DNA from: an uncultured Gemmatimonadales bacterium
GTDB taxonomy: Bacteria; Gemmatimonadota; Glassbacteria; GWA2-58-10
Length of the DNA stretch: 64,000 bases
Direction of reading: 5' to 3'
Assembly: GCA_964473155.1 (NCBI GenBank)
Contig: CAYYNT010000009.1
Coordinates: forward strand, 17,121-81,120
Made by a program: the position numbers and the translations under genes. Positions 8,408 through 21,307 of this stretch are shown piece by piece (the stretch's first letter is position 1; the number at the start of each line of letters is the position of its first letter). The notes under the pieces were generated by a model. The model did no database searches, was not told the DNA's origin, and saw only the letters and a program-made list of their open reading frames with translations.

Positions 8408-9208
8408 TCAACTCATAACCTCCCGCAGCAGGGCTCCATGCAGTTCGGGCGTCCCGGCGGCGACCACTCCCTCAGGATGTCCATCCGTAAAAACGCCGCC
8501 ATCGCAGGCGCTGACCACTCCTCCCGCCTCGCGAACCAGAAGGACACCGGCTGCCGTATCCCAGGGTTTCAGGCTTTTCTCCCAGTACCCGTCGAACCGT
8601 CCAGCCGCCACGCAGGCCAGATCATAGGCCGCGCTGCCATCGCGCCGCACCGCAAAACTGGCGGCCAGAAGCCGTCTGAACGGTACAAGATTCCGCTCGA
8701 GCACTCCAGGCTGACGGAGATCGTAAGGGAACCCGGTTACAAGAAAGGAACGGCTTAAATCTGTCTGAGATGATACAGCCAGCCTTCGTCCGCCCATCCA
8801 GGCGCCTCCACCACGGATGGCAGTGAACATCTCCGCCGTCGCCGGCTGATACACCACCCCCATGCATGTTTCACCCTCATGCTTCAGGGCGATTGAGACA
8901 GCGAAACAGGGGTAACCGTGGGCATAGTTTGTCGTACCGTCCAGCGGGTCTATCACCCAGAGCCAGGGTGAACCGCCCAGTGAACGCGTGTGCTCCTCGG
9001 CCAGAAAATCGTGATCCGTAAATTCGCTTTCCAGCCGCCCGACTATCAATTCCTCGACCCGGCGATCCAGTTCAGTCACGGGATCGATCTCGCCTTTCAA
9101 CTGCATGCCCACATCCGTGCCCAGCCGCGACATCAGAAGGCCGCCAGCCTCGAGCGCCAGAGCGCGGGCCATATCGAGGGCCTTTTCGACAGTTTTTTTC
9201 AGTGTCAT
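8408..9208 (-). CDS. Inositol monophosphatase family protein (SuhB/ImpA-like)
   Basis: Metal-binding motifs DFLAEEH...WVIDPLDGTTNYAHG and WDTAAG are present. I chose the ATG (MTLKKT) preceded by GGAGAG; the track start is 18 nt upstream. Confidence 0.75.
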   Translation of the reverse strand: MTLKKTVEKALDMARALALEAGGLLMSRLGTDVGMQLKGEIDPVTELDRRVEELIVGRLESEFTDHDFLAEEHTRSLGGSPWLWVIDPLDGTTNYAHGYPCFAVSIALKHEGETCMGVVYQPATAEMFTAIRGGGAWMGGRRLAVSSQTDLSRSFLVTGFPYDLRQPGVLERNLVPFRRLLAASFAVRRDGSAAYDLACVAAGRFDGYWEKSLKPWDTAAGVLLVREAGGVVSACDGGVFTDGHPEGVVAAGTPELHGALLREVMS

Positions 9209-9391
9209 CCAGCTCTCCAACGTCAATTACCTGACCACGACTCCAGACCACGGTCCCTTAGATAAACAAACCTATAAAATAACCCGGCCTCTCCGGGTGT
9301 CAAGCGGAACAGTCAGCTTGCCAGCATGGTGTTCTCAGGCTATTATTACATGGCTTTCCTTTGGTTTTCCTCCCTGTAGACGGAGCCATAC

Positions 9392-10600
9392 ATGATTGCA
9401 TTCAGATTTTTTCTGCCACCGCTCTTTTATCTTCTGCTTAGCATCCATCCCTGCCGGGCCTGCGTGCTGGAGCCTGTGCTTACAGGTCTGGACGTGCTGA
9501 AAGCAGACAATTTCCAGCCTCTCAAAGGGCTGCGGGTGGGCGTGATAACCAATCACACGGGATTGGACCGGGCAGGGGAATCCATCCTTGACCTTCTGGC
9601 CGCCTGCCCGGATGTCCGGTTAGCCGCCGTGTTCGCCCCAGAGCATGGACTGAAAGGCAGGCTGGACAGCGAATACGGTCATTCAAACCTGGTGGGGAAA
9701 AACACGCCGGTCTACAGTCTATACGGCAAGACCCGCAAACCGGAGCGAAAATGGCTTGAAGGCCTGGACATACTGGTGTTCGATATCCAGGATATCGGGA
9801 CGCGGTTCTATACTTACATCACCACGCTGGCCCTGGCGATGCAGGCAGCCTCCGAGGCCGGGATCGGTATCATGGTTCTGGACCGGCCCAACCCGATCGG
9901 CGGACTGGCGGTGGAAGGGCCGGTGCTGGAAAACGCGCTGAAGGGCAATTTCATCGCATACTACCCCATCCCGGTGCGTCACGGTCTGACCGTGGGTGAA
10001 CTGGCTGGGATGTTCAACTCTGAGTTCAATATCGGAGCGAAACTGACTGTGATCCGGATGCAGGGCTGGCGGCGCTCGATGCTCTGGGAGGATACAGGCC
10101 TGAAATGGGTGAATCCCTCGCCCAACATGCGCAGTCCCATGGCGGCGCTGCTTTATCCGGGGCTGGGGATCGCCGAGGCGGCCAACCTCTCGGTCGGACG
10201 GGGCACGGAAAGGCCGTTCGAGATTTATGGAGCGCCCTGGATAACTGACAGCGGGCTGGCTGACGTCCTGAACGAGGCCGCCCTCCCCGGCGTGCGCTTT
10301 GTGGATACTACTTTCACGCCCTCCGCATATGTTTTCAAGGGCGAGGCGTGCCGTGGCGTCAGGGCTGAAGTCACAAATTCGCGGGAGTTCCGCAGCCTGG
10401 ATGCCGGACTTCATTTTCTGTCCACGCTGCAGCGCCTTTACCCGGACAAATTCGACCTGTCAAAAATAGACCTCTGGATCGGCAGGCGGGACGTGAAGGA
10501 CCGGATACGCCGCGGAGAACCGGCCGATTCGATCTCAGCGGGCTGGAAAGCGGGGCTGGATCAGTTCAAGACGATCCGCGAGAAGTATCTTCTTTATTAA
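9392..10600 (+). CDS. DUF1343-family protein (exo-beta-N-acetylmuramidase NamZ-like)
   Basis: The ~400-aa protein has a signal-like N-terminus and a GVITNHTG...LFAPEHG...DIQDIG..Y.Y pattern, as in the DUF1343 (YbbC/NamZ) family. It is divergent from suhB-like and sits near the lytic transglycosylase. Confidence 0.55.
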   Translation: MIAFRFFLPPLFYLLLSIHPCRACVLEPVLTGLDVLKADNFQPLKGLRVGVITNHTGLDRAGESILDLLAACPDVRLAAVFAPEHGLKGRLDSEYGHSNLVGKNTPVYSLYGKTRKPERKWLEGLDILVFDIQDIGTRFYTYITTLALAMQAASEAGIGIMVLDRPNPIGGLAVEGPVLENALKGNFIAYYPIPVRHGLTVGELAGMFNSEFNIGAKLTVIRMQGWRRSMLWEDTGLKWVNPSPNMRSPMAALLYPGLGIAEAANLSVGRGTERPFEIYGAPWITDSGLADVLNEAALPGVRFVDTTFTPSAYVFKGEACRGVRAEVTNSREFRSLDAGLHFLSTLQRLYPDKFDLSKIDLWIGRRDVKDRIRRGEPADSISAGWKAGLDQFKTIREKYLLY

Positions 10601-12104
10601 CCCTGACCCGACCGGCCACCAACTGGGCCTGAAGGCTCGCAACCAGGAGATGCATGGCCAGGGTGTCCAACCGGCAGTATTCGCGGAGAGCGGATTCCAT
10701 GCGCTCACGCTCCACATCTTCCACAGCATCCTCGACCAGAAGATGGCAGACTGCTCCGGCGGTGACGCCGTTGGATACAGTCAAACCCTCATAACTCATA
10801 TCCGGCGCCAGGGCGGGCAGCACGTTCTTGATCGAGAACGAGCCGCGCATCTGCGGATGATAAACGTTATTCTGCACCACGGCGCAGAGGTCCCAGAGAC
10901 GGCCGCGCAGATGCTCGATCCGTCCGCGCAGTTCCGGAAAAGCAGCTCCAAGCTCTTTCAGGCGGTCCGACTCGAAATCCCGGTTGTAAACCACCACACT
11001 CCCCTCGTATCCCTCCGCCGCATCGAGAAGGCTCCGGACAAACCGCTCGCGGGGATCATCCGGCCCGCAATCCAGGAACTCACTGTGAACCGGCTTCGCC
11101 CCCGGCGCCTCCAGGATGTGCAGAGACCACTGGAAAGGAACCGGATCGAAAGGGTGCATACCGGCAAAACGCGGCAGGGCCGGGCTGGAAGCCTCAAAAT
11201 CCATGAACAGCAATGGATAGCTAAGACTGTTCAGCTCATCCGCGAGACATGGGTCAAATACGGGAGCGCCCAGAAGGCAGCTCTCACGCGCGCGCCGCTG
11301 ACGGGGATTCAGCGGAAAATCGGGCGGGATATCCCTGATGCTTCCGACACCATTGAGCGCAAACGTGTCAAGCAGTTCGGGCGTGGCCTCGGGCAGGTAT
11401 CCGATCCAGTCCGGATCGTGCGAGACAGTTTGACAGCCGCCCAGGAAATCACAGCGTGACGGGCGCTGGCAATAGGGCCCTTCAGGCGCCTCGGGGGCGG
11501 AGTCATATTCAAGCGCCTCACGGATTCCCGGCAGTTCCCGCCGCAGACGTTCCGTGGCGGCCGGGATGCCATAGCCGGCATCCCGCATGCAGAAAAGGCT
11601 GTTTGCATCATACTCCCCGCCACGGTATTCATATCCACGGTTAAGGTGCATGACCGCGAAAGCTCCCAGGACCAGGCCGCAGGCCTCCAGCACATACTTC
11701 ATAAGCGCGAGTTCGTGAAAGTGGTTTTCTTTCAGCGAGGCCGCGGGCTTCACCATAACCAGCCGCCAGGCGCCTGTTTCAAGACGCTCAAGGATATCCG
11801 CACGCACAAAGATGTCTCCATGCTCGAAGACACCGCCGTAAATCAGCCGCACATCCGGATCGTTCACCAGCAACGCGGTGTGCTCCAGGTCCCGCCGTTC
11901 GTTTTCAGGACCTTTCCACTCCACGCTCTCCCCACCCCTGAAAGCCTGCCGGGCAATAGCGGCTACTCTCCGCCCCTGCCCCACAAACATGCGTGTGGCC
12001 GGATCGGATGAGTTTTCCCGGGACTGCCCATGCACCTGAAAATACATTTTACGAGGACAGCGAAGAGCGGAAAGGTAAGAGGAGCGGGTAATTCTCATTG
12101 TCAT
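10566..12104 (-). CDS. DUF2779-like protein: N-terminal Cas4/RecB-type PD-(D/E)XK nuclease domain with Cys cluster plus C-terminal DEDD/RNase-H-like region
   Basis: The N-terminal region has ..HGDIFVRADILE..WRLVMVKP...HELALMKY (D...E.K and a QhxxY-like motif). This is followed by CQRPSRCDFLGGC (the Cas4-type Cys triad, with an earlier Cys at residue 15). The C-terminal part carries an FMDFEAS motif. It overlaps the 3' end of the convergent NamZ-like gene by ~35 nt. Confidence 0.5.
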   Translation of the reverse strand: MTMRITRSSYLSALRCPRKMYFQVHGQSRENSSDPATRMFVGQGRRVAAIARQAFRGGESVEWKGPENERRDLEHTALLVNDPDVRLIYGGVFEHGDIFVRADILERLETGAWRLVMVKPAASLKENHFHELALMKYVLEACGLVLGAFAVMHLNRGYEYRGGEYDANSLFCMRDAGYGIPAATERLRRELPGIREALEYDSAPEAPEGPYCQRPSRCDFLGGCQTVSHDPDWIGYLPEATPELLDTFALNGVGSIRDIPPDFPLNPRQRRARESCLLGAPVFDPCLADELNSLSYPLLFMDFEASSPALPRFAGMHPFDPVPFQWSLHILEAPGAKPVHSEFLDCGPDDPRERFVRSLLDAAEGYEGSVVVYNRDFESDRLKELGAAFPELRGRIEHLRGRLWDLCAVVQNNVYHPQMRGSFSIKNVLPALAPDMSYEGLTVSNGVTAGAVCHLLVEDAVEDVERERMESALREYCRLDTLAMHLLVASLQAQLVAGRVRVNKEDTSRGSS

Positions 12105-12363
12105 TCCATTTGGATCGATATGTCAGCCTTTGAATAATAACGGCGCAGATATGAAAATATGACCCTGGCTGCCATATTTCAACAAATGCGGCGGAGGTGA
12201 ATCAGAAGGACAATATCCAACTTTATCACATTGCGGCGCGAAATGTTGCCATTCAAACCACCACTGTTTCCGGATTGGATCATACAATATGCTTCATGTC
12301 CGGCGCAGCAGACCAGACGGATCCTCGATGGAAAGAAAAACGAACCCCGTCCTAACAGTTCTT

Positions 12364-12729
12364 TCAATCGAGCAGCATGAACTTGTCCAGCTTTTTCACC
12401 AGTTCGTCGTAATTGACGGGTTTCAGGACGTAATCGGTCACACCGGACTGGATGGCCTTCTTAACCGCGGACTCATCGCTTTCCACGGTCACCATTATTA
12501 TCGGCGCCTTTTTCAGGCTTTCATGCTGGCGCATCTGACGGCAGGTTTCGAAACCGTCCATGCCGGGCATGCGGACATCCAGAAGTATTATGTGCGGTTT
12601 AATGGTCAGGGCCAGCTTCAATCCCTCTTCGCCGTTCTCGGCATTATATATTTCAAACCCCAGAAATTTCAGTCTTGTTTCAAGACTGTTCCGCATGAAC
12701 TTGCTGTCGTCAATTATCAGAACCTTCAT
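12364..12729 (-). CDS. Single-domain response regulator (CheY-like receiver)
   Basis: The 121-aa protein has the acidic pocket DD near the N-terminus, the phospho-acceptor in LLDVRMPGMDG, and a conserved T and K (VTDYVLKP). Confidence 0.85.
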   Translation of the reverse strand: MKVLIIDDSKFMRNSLETRLKFLGFEIYNAENGEEGLKLALTIKPHIILLDVRMPGMDGFETCRQMRQHESLKKAPIIMVTVESDESAVKKAIQSGVTDYVLKPVNYDELVKKLDKFMLLD

Positions 12730-12770
12730 CTCTCCCTCCTCTCCTCAACATTGCCTTCTGCGGACATCCC

Positions 12771-15590
<2,820 letters not shown>

Positions 15591-15638
15591 GGTTACCCAC
15601 CATCCCGCACAAACGATTGAAGAGAAGACGCCTGTCTA

Positions 15639-16220
15639 TTACTCCATCACTCGGGCCAGCTTGAGCAGTTGGGAGCTGAAATTCGCCCCCTCCTCACGCG
15701 CGGCCCGGATATTGATCAGTATTTCAGGACGGTCCCGGTTCTGGCTGATACCCACCGCCAAGCCCTGGCCGCAGTATTCCGGGACTCCGGTGACACTGAC
15801 TATGCCAAGGCTTCTGCACAAACCGCTGATTGAATTGATATCGTAGGCGCGCAGGGGTGAGATATAGAGAATGTCCACTTTTTTGCTCACTACCGCCTCA
15901 TCCAGCTTCTCCCGGTAAATGTCTATCATAGTCAGGGCCAGTGGCAAACCTTTCACCTGAGGCGCAGAAAGTTTTTTAAAAACGCTTTCTATCTGTTCAC
16001 GCACAATCAGAGAGTTCCGGAAAGGCTCCTGATACACCACTCCCACCCGCAGGCTGTCGCCGTTGCGTGAGGAGAGGTTACGGTCGAACGAGATAATTTT
16101 GAGCAGGAGATTAAGCTGAAGATCTACCGGGACTGGCATTTCCTGGGCCGGGCACAGACCGGCTGAATACAAGCCCGGCAGCAGAAGGAGGGCAAAAAGA
16201 ATTGGCAGGCCTTTTTTCAT
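15639..16220 (-). CDS. YfiR/DUF4154-family periplasmic protein
   Basis: Signal peptide MKKGLPILFALLLLPGLYSA. LRVGVV...ILYIS...SQLLKLARV resembles the YfiR family. It sits between the TonB-dependent receptor and the hybrid kinase. The track ORF extends to 16265, overlapping the receptor gene; the ATG at 16220 has a GGAGA RBS. Confidence 0.5.
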   Translation of the reverse strand: MKKGLPILFALLLLPGLYSAGLCPAQEMPVPVDLQLNLLLKIISFDRNLSSRNGDSLRVGVVYQEPFRNSLIVREQIESVFKKLSAPQVKGLPLALTMIDIYREKLDEAVVSKKVDILYISPLRAYDINSISGLCRSLGIVSVTGVPEYCGQGLAVGISQNRDRPEILINIRAAREEGANFSSQLLKLARVME

Positions 16221-16252
16221 GACAACCCGTTCTCCACTCTGTATCCGCTCTC

Positions 16253-18283
16253 TCAGAATCCGCATTCCAGTCTCAATATCACTGTCCTTCCATCCTGCTG
16301 CACCAGTTCCTGGAGCAGCGGCAAGCCGGCCGGATAGGCATAACTGGCGTCAAAAAGGTTACGCACTTTGAACGCAAGGCGGAGGCGTTCCGGGACTATA
16401 TCTCCGGTAAGGTTTAAGTCGAATACAGTGAAAGAGTCCGCAGTGATATTTTTCTCGGAACGGCGCGAGGAGGAATAACGGCATTGCAGCGCCGCAGTCA
16501 GGCCAGGCTTGAAAGAGGCTGATGCGCCGGACTGAACGAGGTGGCGTGGAGAATTGGGAAGACGTTCTCCGCTTGCACCGGCGCGCGGAAGCTGGTATGA
16601 GTAATTCAGGTACGCACCATACCCGGAGAGAAAATCACCCCGCAATCCGGCCTCAAAACCGTGCGATTTCATGTGCCCCATGTTCATGAAACGGCTCAGA
16701 TGTTCGCCCGAGGCTTCCACCTGCTCGATGAAATCCCGCATTATATTGTTGTAAACCGAAAATGATCCATGCAAGCCGTGGGCAAAACGGCCCTCGGCCA
16801 CCAGTTCCAGCGTCTCGATTTTCTCGGGTTTGAGCCCGGGGTTCCCCTCGGCGATGAAAGGCGCTTCATAGAAGACCTCATTTATATTAGGGGCGCGGAA
16901 CGCCCCACCGTAAAGCAGTTTGATCGAACTGTTCCGCGACGCCGCCCAGACAAGGGCCGCTCTCGGCACGGTGGACTCGTTTCGCGAGGCGTATTTTTCA
17001 TAACGCAAACCCACGCTTAACAGAAGAGTCGGGTGCAATTGAAGCTCCTGCTGCAGATACGCGGAAAAAGCATTGAACGGGTGGTTCTGATCGTAATATA
17101 CGATCTGCGGGTTCCAGGAGCGGTAAAAGGCCCGTGGGTGTCTCTGCATCTCGGTCCCGGCGATAATCCGAAGGAAAGGCTGCGGGTCCCACAGATAACG
17201 CGCCTCACCCCCGTAGTGGTTCTCGGCGAACTTCTCCCCTGCCGGTATTCCGCCGAACCGGTATGATCCGCGCTGGCCATAATGATCGTAGTATCCGCGC
17301 AGCATCAGTTCGTGACCTGTCGCCAGGCTGCGTTCGTACTTGATCTCGCCGAACTTGAACTCCTCGTAGAAATACGAGAGCGGATCGTTGAAGTCCATGT
17401 ACCAGGGGGCGGTAGGCACGCCTTTTTTTCGGGCGTTAAGATATCCCTGAAAACTGAAATCGCCCCAGGATGCGGTGGCGAGGAGGCTCTGCTGCCGCTC
17501 CCAGTCGGCATCCTCCGCCACTCCGTTGTTTGCCGCCGGTGAATCGTATTCCGGGAAGTACAAGTCCTGACCCTCCGCGCGGGTAACCCGTCCGGAAAGC
17601 ATGAAATCCGAGCCGCCGGCGGTCTGGTGGCCGGCTGTAACGCCGATGGTTTTCCGCCCGAAACTTCCCAATTCACCATAAGCTTCCATACCGTCCACGC
17701 CACCGCCGTTGCGAGTTATCACGTTGATCACCGCGAACATGGCGCTCGTGCCATACAGCACCGATCCCGGCCCGCGCACGATCTCAATCCTCTCGACCGC
17801 ATCCAGATTCAATCCGAAATCATTGCCAAAGAACGAGGAGCCGAAATAGTTCTCGTTTACGGTATGCCCGTTGATCATCAGCAGCAGACGGTTGTTGTTG
17901 TCCGCGGTCCGGTTGAATCCGCGCGTGCCGATAAAATCGAGAAGGCGGTCGTTGGTCAGGTAGAAGCCCCGGATGTTCTCCAGGACCTCCGACAGAGTCC
18001 GGTAGCCAAAACGCGATATCTCATCCGCGGTCACGATTGTCACGGCCGCGGGGGCTTCGCCAGCGGTCTGCTCGTATTTAGAGACAGTGCTGATCCTCAC
18101 GCCCAGAAGCGAATCGAGCGCGGACCACCCCGCTGCTCCCTCCTGGGCCACGAGAAGCCCGGGAAAGACTAAAAGAACAAGAGAAAAAAGACAGTACTTT
18201 ATGACATTTGACGGATGCAAAGGTTCTCCACAGGTTCGATTAATGCCAAACTGGTTAGAAGTGTGTTTATTTGTTTGGATCAA
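16253..18283 (-). CDS. TonB-dependent outer-membrane receptor
   Basis: Signal peptide, then a plug region (EIVRGPGSVLYGTSAMFAVINVITR) and a long beta-barrel region rich in alternating aromatics and glycines. The C-terminus ends in F (...LRLECGF). Confidence 0.8.
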   Translation of the reverse strand: MIQTNKHTSNQFGINRTCGEPLHPSNVIKYCLFSLVLLVFPGLLVAQEGAAGWSALDSLLGVRISTVSKYEQTAGEAPAAVTIVTADEISRFGYRTLSEVLENIRGFYLTNDRLLDFIGTRGFNRTADNNNRLLLMINGHTVNENYFGSSFFGNDFGLNLDAVERIEIVRGPGSVLYGTSAMFAVINVITRNGGGVDGMEAYGELGSFGRKTIGVTAGHQTAGGSDFMLSGRVTRAEGQDLYFPEYDSPAANNGVAEDADWERQQSLLATASWGDFSFQGYLNARKKGVPTAPWYMDFNDPLSYFYEEFKFGEIKYERSLATGHELMLRGYYDHYGQRGSYRFGGIPAGEKFAENHYGGEARYLWDPQPFLRIIAGTEMQRHPRAFYRSWNPQIVYYDQNHPFNAFSAYLQQELQLHPTLLLSVGLRYEKYASRNESTVPRAALVWAASRNSSIKLLYGGAFRAPNINEVFYEAPFIAEGNPGLKPEKIETLELVAEGRFAHGLHGSFSVYNNIMRDFIEQVEASGEHLSRFMNMGHMKSHGFEAGLRGDFLSGYGAYLNYSYQLPRAGASGERLPNSPRHLVQSGASASFKPGLTAALQCRYSSSRRSEKNITADSFTVFDLNLTGDIVPERLRLAFKVRNLFDASYAYPAGLPLLQELVQQDGRTVILRLECGF

Positions 18284-18618
18284 ATCCCCCTCGGTCCCTT
18301 AACGAAGGAGGATAGACGGGTTTGTGTGTTTTAATAATTTTCCAACACGCTTTTAGCCCGGATTATTCATAAATCATTCTAACTTCTTGAAAGAAATAGA
18401 TTTTTCATCATCGAGGCCCCGATAAATAGGAGAGCCTGCCCGAATTCGTCCGGGCGGCCATGGGGGGGCCGCTCCTACAAGAAATAATTTTTTATGAATA
18501 AGCCGGGTGAGATAACAACAGTTCAATAATAAAAGCATCCCCTGAGAATTCGTCAGACTACTTGCCACCCGCTCGAATCGATAACTTTCATTCCGTTTTT
18601 TCATTCTGAATAGACAAG

Positions 18619-18651
18619 AGGCCGCCGCCCCGGGGCGGGTAGCGGCGGCCA
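18619..18651 (-). terminator. GC-rich hairpin immediately downstream of the Gfo/Idh/MocA gene (putative terminator)
   Basis: gccgccgccccggggcgggtagcggcggc forms a 8-10-bp GC stem ~25 nt past the stop. Only a weak T-rich tail follows on the minus strand. Confidence 0.35.
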
Positions 18652-18674
18652 TCGGTCTTGACAGCATCTGAATC

Positions 18675-20030
18675 TCAGACATTCTCCGGAACGACATAAG
18701 GATAACGGTACTCACGGCTGAGCTGGGCATTAGCCTCGTCATCCCCGGGGAAAGTTTCCGTCGCCGAGTCAAACACAACGGTGCGGCCCGTGCGGTAGGC
18801 GATATTCGACAGATGGCACATCGAGGTCGAAAGGTGCCCCTCCAGGATATCCGCGTTCAGGAGTTCCGGCTTGTGCGCCCGCACGGCATCGATGAAATTG
18901 CCGAAATGCGGATCACCTGACGCGCCGCGGGTGTCCAGCGCCCGTTTCTGGGCATCGCCCTCATTCCCGCCCATTCCCGGACCGGGTTCGTTCTTCCGGC
19001 CGAAATAGCTCTGCCAGCTCGATCCGCCCAGCTTCAGCCAGCCCTCGGTGCCGTAGAAAAATTCGCCCTGCTCGATGTCCTCTTCCTTGTTCGAATAAAG
19101 GCCGCGCACCTCCAACTGAACGATCTTGCCGTTCGAGTACTCCATCACAGAGGTCTGCTGGTTCGGAGTTTCCTGATCGCAGACATTACCGAACTTATAG
19201 TATCCACCGATGCTCTGAATCTTGCGCGGGTGTTCGTAGAGCTGTAGTCCCCAGCGGGCGCGGTCGCAGTTGTGCGGCCCGGTGTTGCCGGTGTCGCCGT
19301 TGCCGGTGTTCCAGAACCAGTGCCAGTTGTAGTGGAACTTGCACTCGTTGAACGGATACCACTGGGCCGGACCGAGCCAGAGGTCGTAATGCACACCCTG
19401 GGGCACGGGGGTGTTGGGGGCGCGGCCGAAACTGTCGCGGGCCTTGATCAGGCAACTGCGGCACATGTAGACCTCGCCCAGCTTGCCCGAATGCAGGAAT
19501 TCCATGGCCGCCCGCATTGTCTTGTTGCTGCGGCTCTGGGTGCCGGTAGCGACCACCCGGTCATACTTGCGGGCCGCTTCCACTATCTTGCGGCCTTCCC
19601 AGATGTTGTGCGAGGAAGGCTTCTCGACGTAGACATCCTTGCCCGCCTGACAGGCCCAGATGGCGGCCAGGGCATGCCAGTAGTTCGGGCTGGCGATAGA
19701 CAGGACATCGATGGTCTTGTCTTCCAGCACCTTGCGGATATCCACCTCGGTGCGGGCTTTCTTCCCGCTTAATTTCTCCAGGTCGGCCAGGGCCTCGGGG
19801 AACAGACGCTCGTCCACGTCGCAGAGCGTCGATACTTCCACGTTCGGCAGCTCGGCATAGCTTTCCATGTGCGAGCGGCCGCGGCTGCGGATGCCCATGA
19901 CCGCCACATTTATCCGGTCCGATGGAGGATTGGCGGCCCAGCCGGATGCAAGAAACGGCCCCGTGGCGGCTACGGCTGCCGCTCCAAGGCCTGCGCTGCG
20001 TAAAAACTCACGGCGTCTTACGGTTTTCAT
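18675..20030 (-). CDS. Tat-exported Gfo/Idh/MocA-family NAD-dependent oxidoreductase (GH109-like)
   Basis: Twin-arginine signal MKTVRRREFLRSAGLGAAAVAA. The Rossmann motif INVAVMGIRSRG follows, with a size (~450 aa) and fold pattern like GH109 alpha-N-acetylgalactosaminidases of the Gfo/Idh/MocA family. Confidence 0.7.
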   Translation of the reverse strand: MKTVRRREFLRSAGLGAAAVAATGPFLASGWAANPPSDRINVAVMGIRSRGRSHMESYAELPNVEVSTLCDVDERLFPEALADLEKLSGKKARTEVDIRKVLEDKTIDVLSIASPNYWHALAAIWACQAGKDVYVEKPSSHNIWEGRKIVEAARKYDRVVATGTQSRSNKTMRAAMEFLHSGKLGEVYMCRSCLIKARDSFGRAPNTPVPQGVHYDLWLGPAQWYPFNECKFHYNWHWFWNTGNGDTGNTGPHNCDRARWGLQLYEHPRKIQSIGGYYKFGNVCDQETPNQQTSVMEYSNGKIVQLEVRGLYSNKEEDIEQGEFFYGTEGWLKLGGSSWQSYFGRKNEPGPGMGGNEGDAQKRALDTRGASGDPHFGNFIDAVRAHKPELLNADILEGHLSTSMCHLSNIAYRTGRTVVFDSATETFPGDDEANAQLSREYRYPYVVPENV

Positions 20031-20333
20031 GCAAGGCTCCTTTTTTGGGTTGCAGTGATATGGAGAGCATCAAGAGGTTCCTGTCGCTAATGTCGCTTCG
20101 CTGGAAGAAGATACGCCGGAGCGCACGGATTCATTATTAGCATGGAGACATGCCGTAAGTCAACAGATTATTTCAGGCTCGCCCACCTTTCCGGCTGCAT
20201 ATCCGGCAGAAAATTCTAAGCTTTTTCTAATAATCCGCTAACTACGGACTAACCGCGGACGGCTACTTTTATGGCTGAGTACTCGTGCGGTGGCAGTTCA
20301 CTTTTCCCAAACCTTAATCTAAGGATGAGGACT

Positions 20334-21209
20334 ATGTCTGGAAAGATTTCATTCCCGCGTTTTGCGATTTTCACCTCCGCCCTGCTGATCACTCTGTCCA
20401 TCAGCGCCGGCGTGCAGGCCCATCCGTCAGCCGAATCCGCCAGCATAATTGTCAAGGGCTCGGACACCATGGTCCATCTGGTAAGCGCCTGGGCCGAGTC
20501 CTATCTGAAGAAAAATCCCGCCGATGACGTGGCGGTCACCGGCGGTGGCTCCGGCGCCGGCATAGCCGCCCTTATCAACGGCTCCACCAACATCTGCGCC
20601 GCATCCAGAAACATGAAGCCGGAGGAATTCGCTCAGGCCAGAGAGAAAAATGTCGCTCCGCAGGAAATTATCGTGGCCAGGGATGGGATTTCCGTGGCTG
20701 TCAATCCCGCCAATCCGCTTAAAGAAATCACGATGGAGCAGCTTGAAAAAATCTTCACCGGCGATTGGACCAACTGGAATCAGCTCGGCGGGCCGAACCT
20801 TCCGATCGAGGTGCTTTCCCGTGAGTCCAGTTCGGGCACCTTTGTGTTCTTCCAGGAACATGTGATGAAGAAAAGGGACTACTCGCCCAAGGCCATGTTG
20901 CTGCCGGCCACCGCGGCAATTGTCGAGACTGTAGGCGCAGACAAGGGCGCTGTCGGCTATGTCGGATTGGGCTACGCCACCCAGGCCGGGAATAAAATAA
21001 AAGTGCTGCCGGTCAAAGCCGATGCCGCCTCCGCCGCGGTGATGCCATCTGAAGCCACGGTCAAGTCCGGCGCCTATCCGGTCTCCCGTCCTCTGTTCTT
21101 CTACACCAACGGCGCGCCGAAAGGTCTCGTCAAGCGGTTCATTGATTTCTGCCTGAGCCCGGAAGGCCAGCAGATAGTCCGCGAGCAGGGTTATATCGCT
21201 TCCAACTGA
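20334..21209 (+). CDS. PstS-family (PBP-like) phosphate-binding periplasmic protein
   Basis: Signal peptide, then GSDTMV...AWAE.Y....P...V.VTGGGSGAGIAAL..G..NI.AASR and a C-terminal YPVSRPLFFY, typical of phosphate ABC substrate-binding proteins. The ATG at 20334 has an AAGGATGAGG RBS. Confidence 0.7.
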   Translation: MSGKISFPRFAIFTSALLITLSISAGVQAHPSAESASIIVKGSDTMVHLVSAWAESYLKKNPADDVAVTGGGSGAGIAALINGSTNICAASRNMKPEEFAQAREKNVAPQEIIVARDGISVAVNPANPLKEITMEQLEKIFTGDWTNWNQLGGPNLPIEVLSRESSSGTFVFFQEHVMKKRDYSPKAMLLPATAAIVETVGADKGAVGYVGLGYATQAGNKIKVLPVKADAASAAVMPSEATVKSGAYPVSRPLFFYTNGAPKGLVKRFIDFCLSPEGQQIVREQGYIASN

Positions 21210-21307
21210 AACAGCGCTTAAAGATCTGATTGCATATTATACGGCAGGCGGACGGCAGGCGGACAGCCTGCATCAGACACAACCTCCAAAAAGGAATGGT
21301 GATTACC

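Noticed and set aside
18374-18778. 134-aa minus-strand ORF in the AT-rich spacer downstream of the Gfo/Idh/MocA gene
   Set aside because: It spans the terminator hairpin and the 3' end of the Gfo gene. It has no RBS, and its translation is low-complexity.
20271-20333. Upstream TTG-initiated extension of the PstS-family ORF
   Set aside because: An ATG with an AAGGATGAGG RBS at 20334 starts directly at the signal peptide. The extension has no features.
21241-21263. Tandem direct repeat acggcaggcgg x2 between the PstS-family and porin genes
   Set aside because: It has only two copies and no CRISPR-like spacer structure. It is likely a chance GC-rich duplication in an intergenic spacer.
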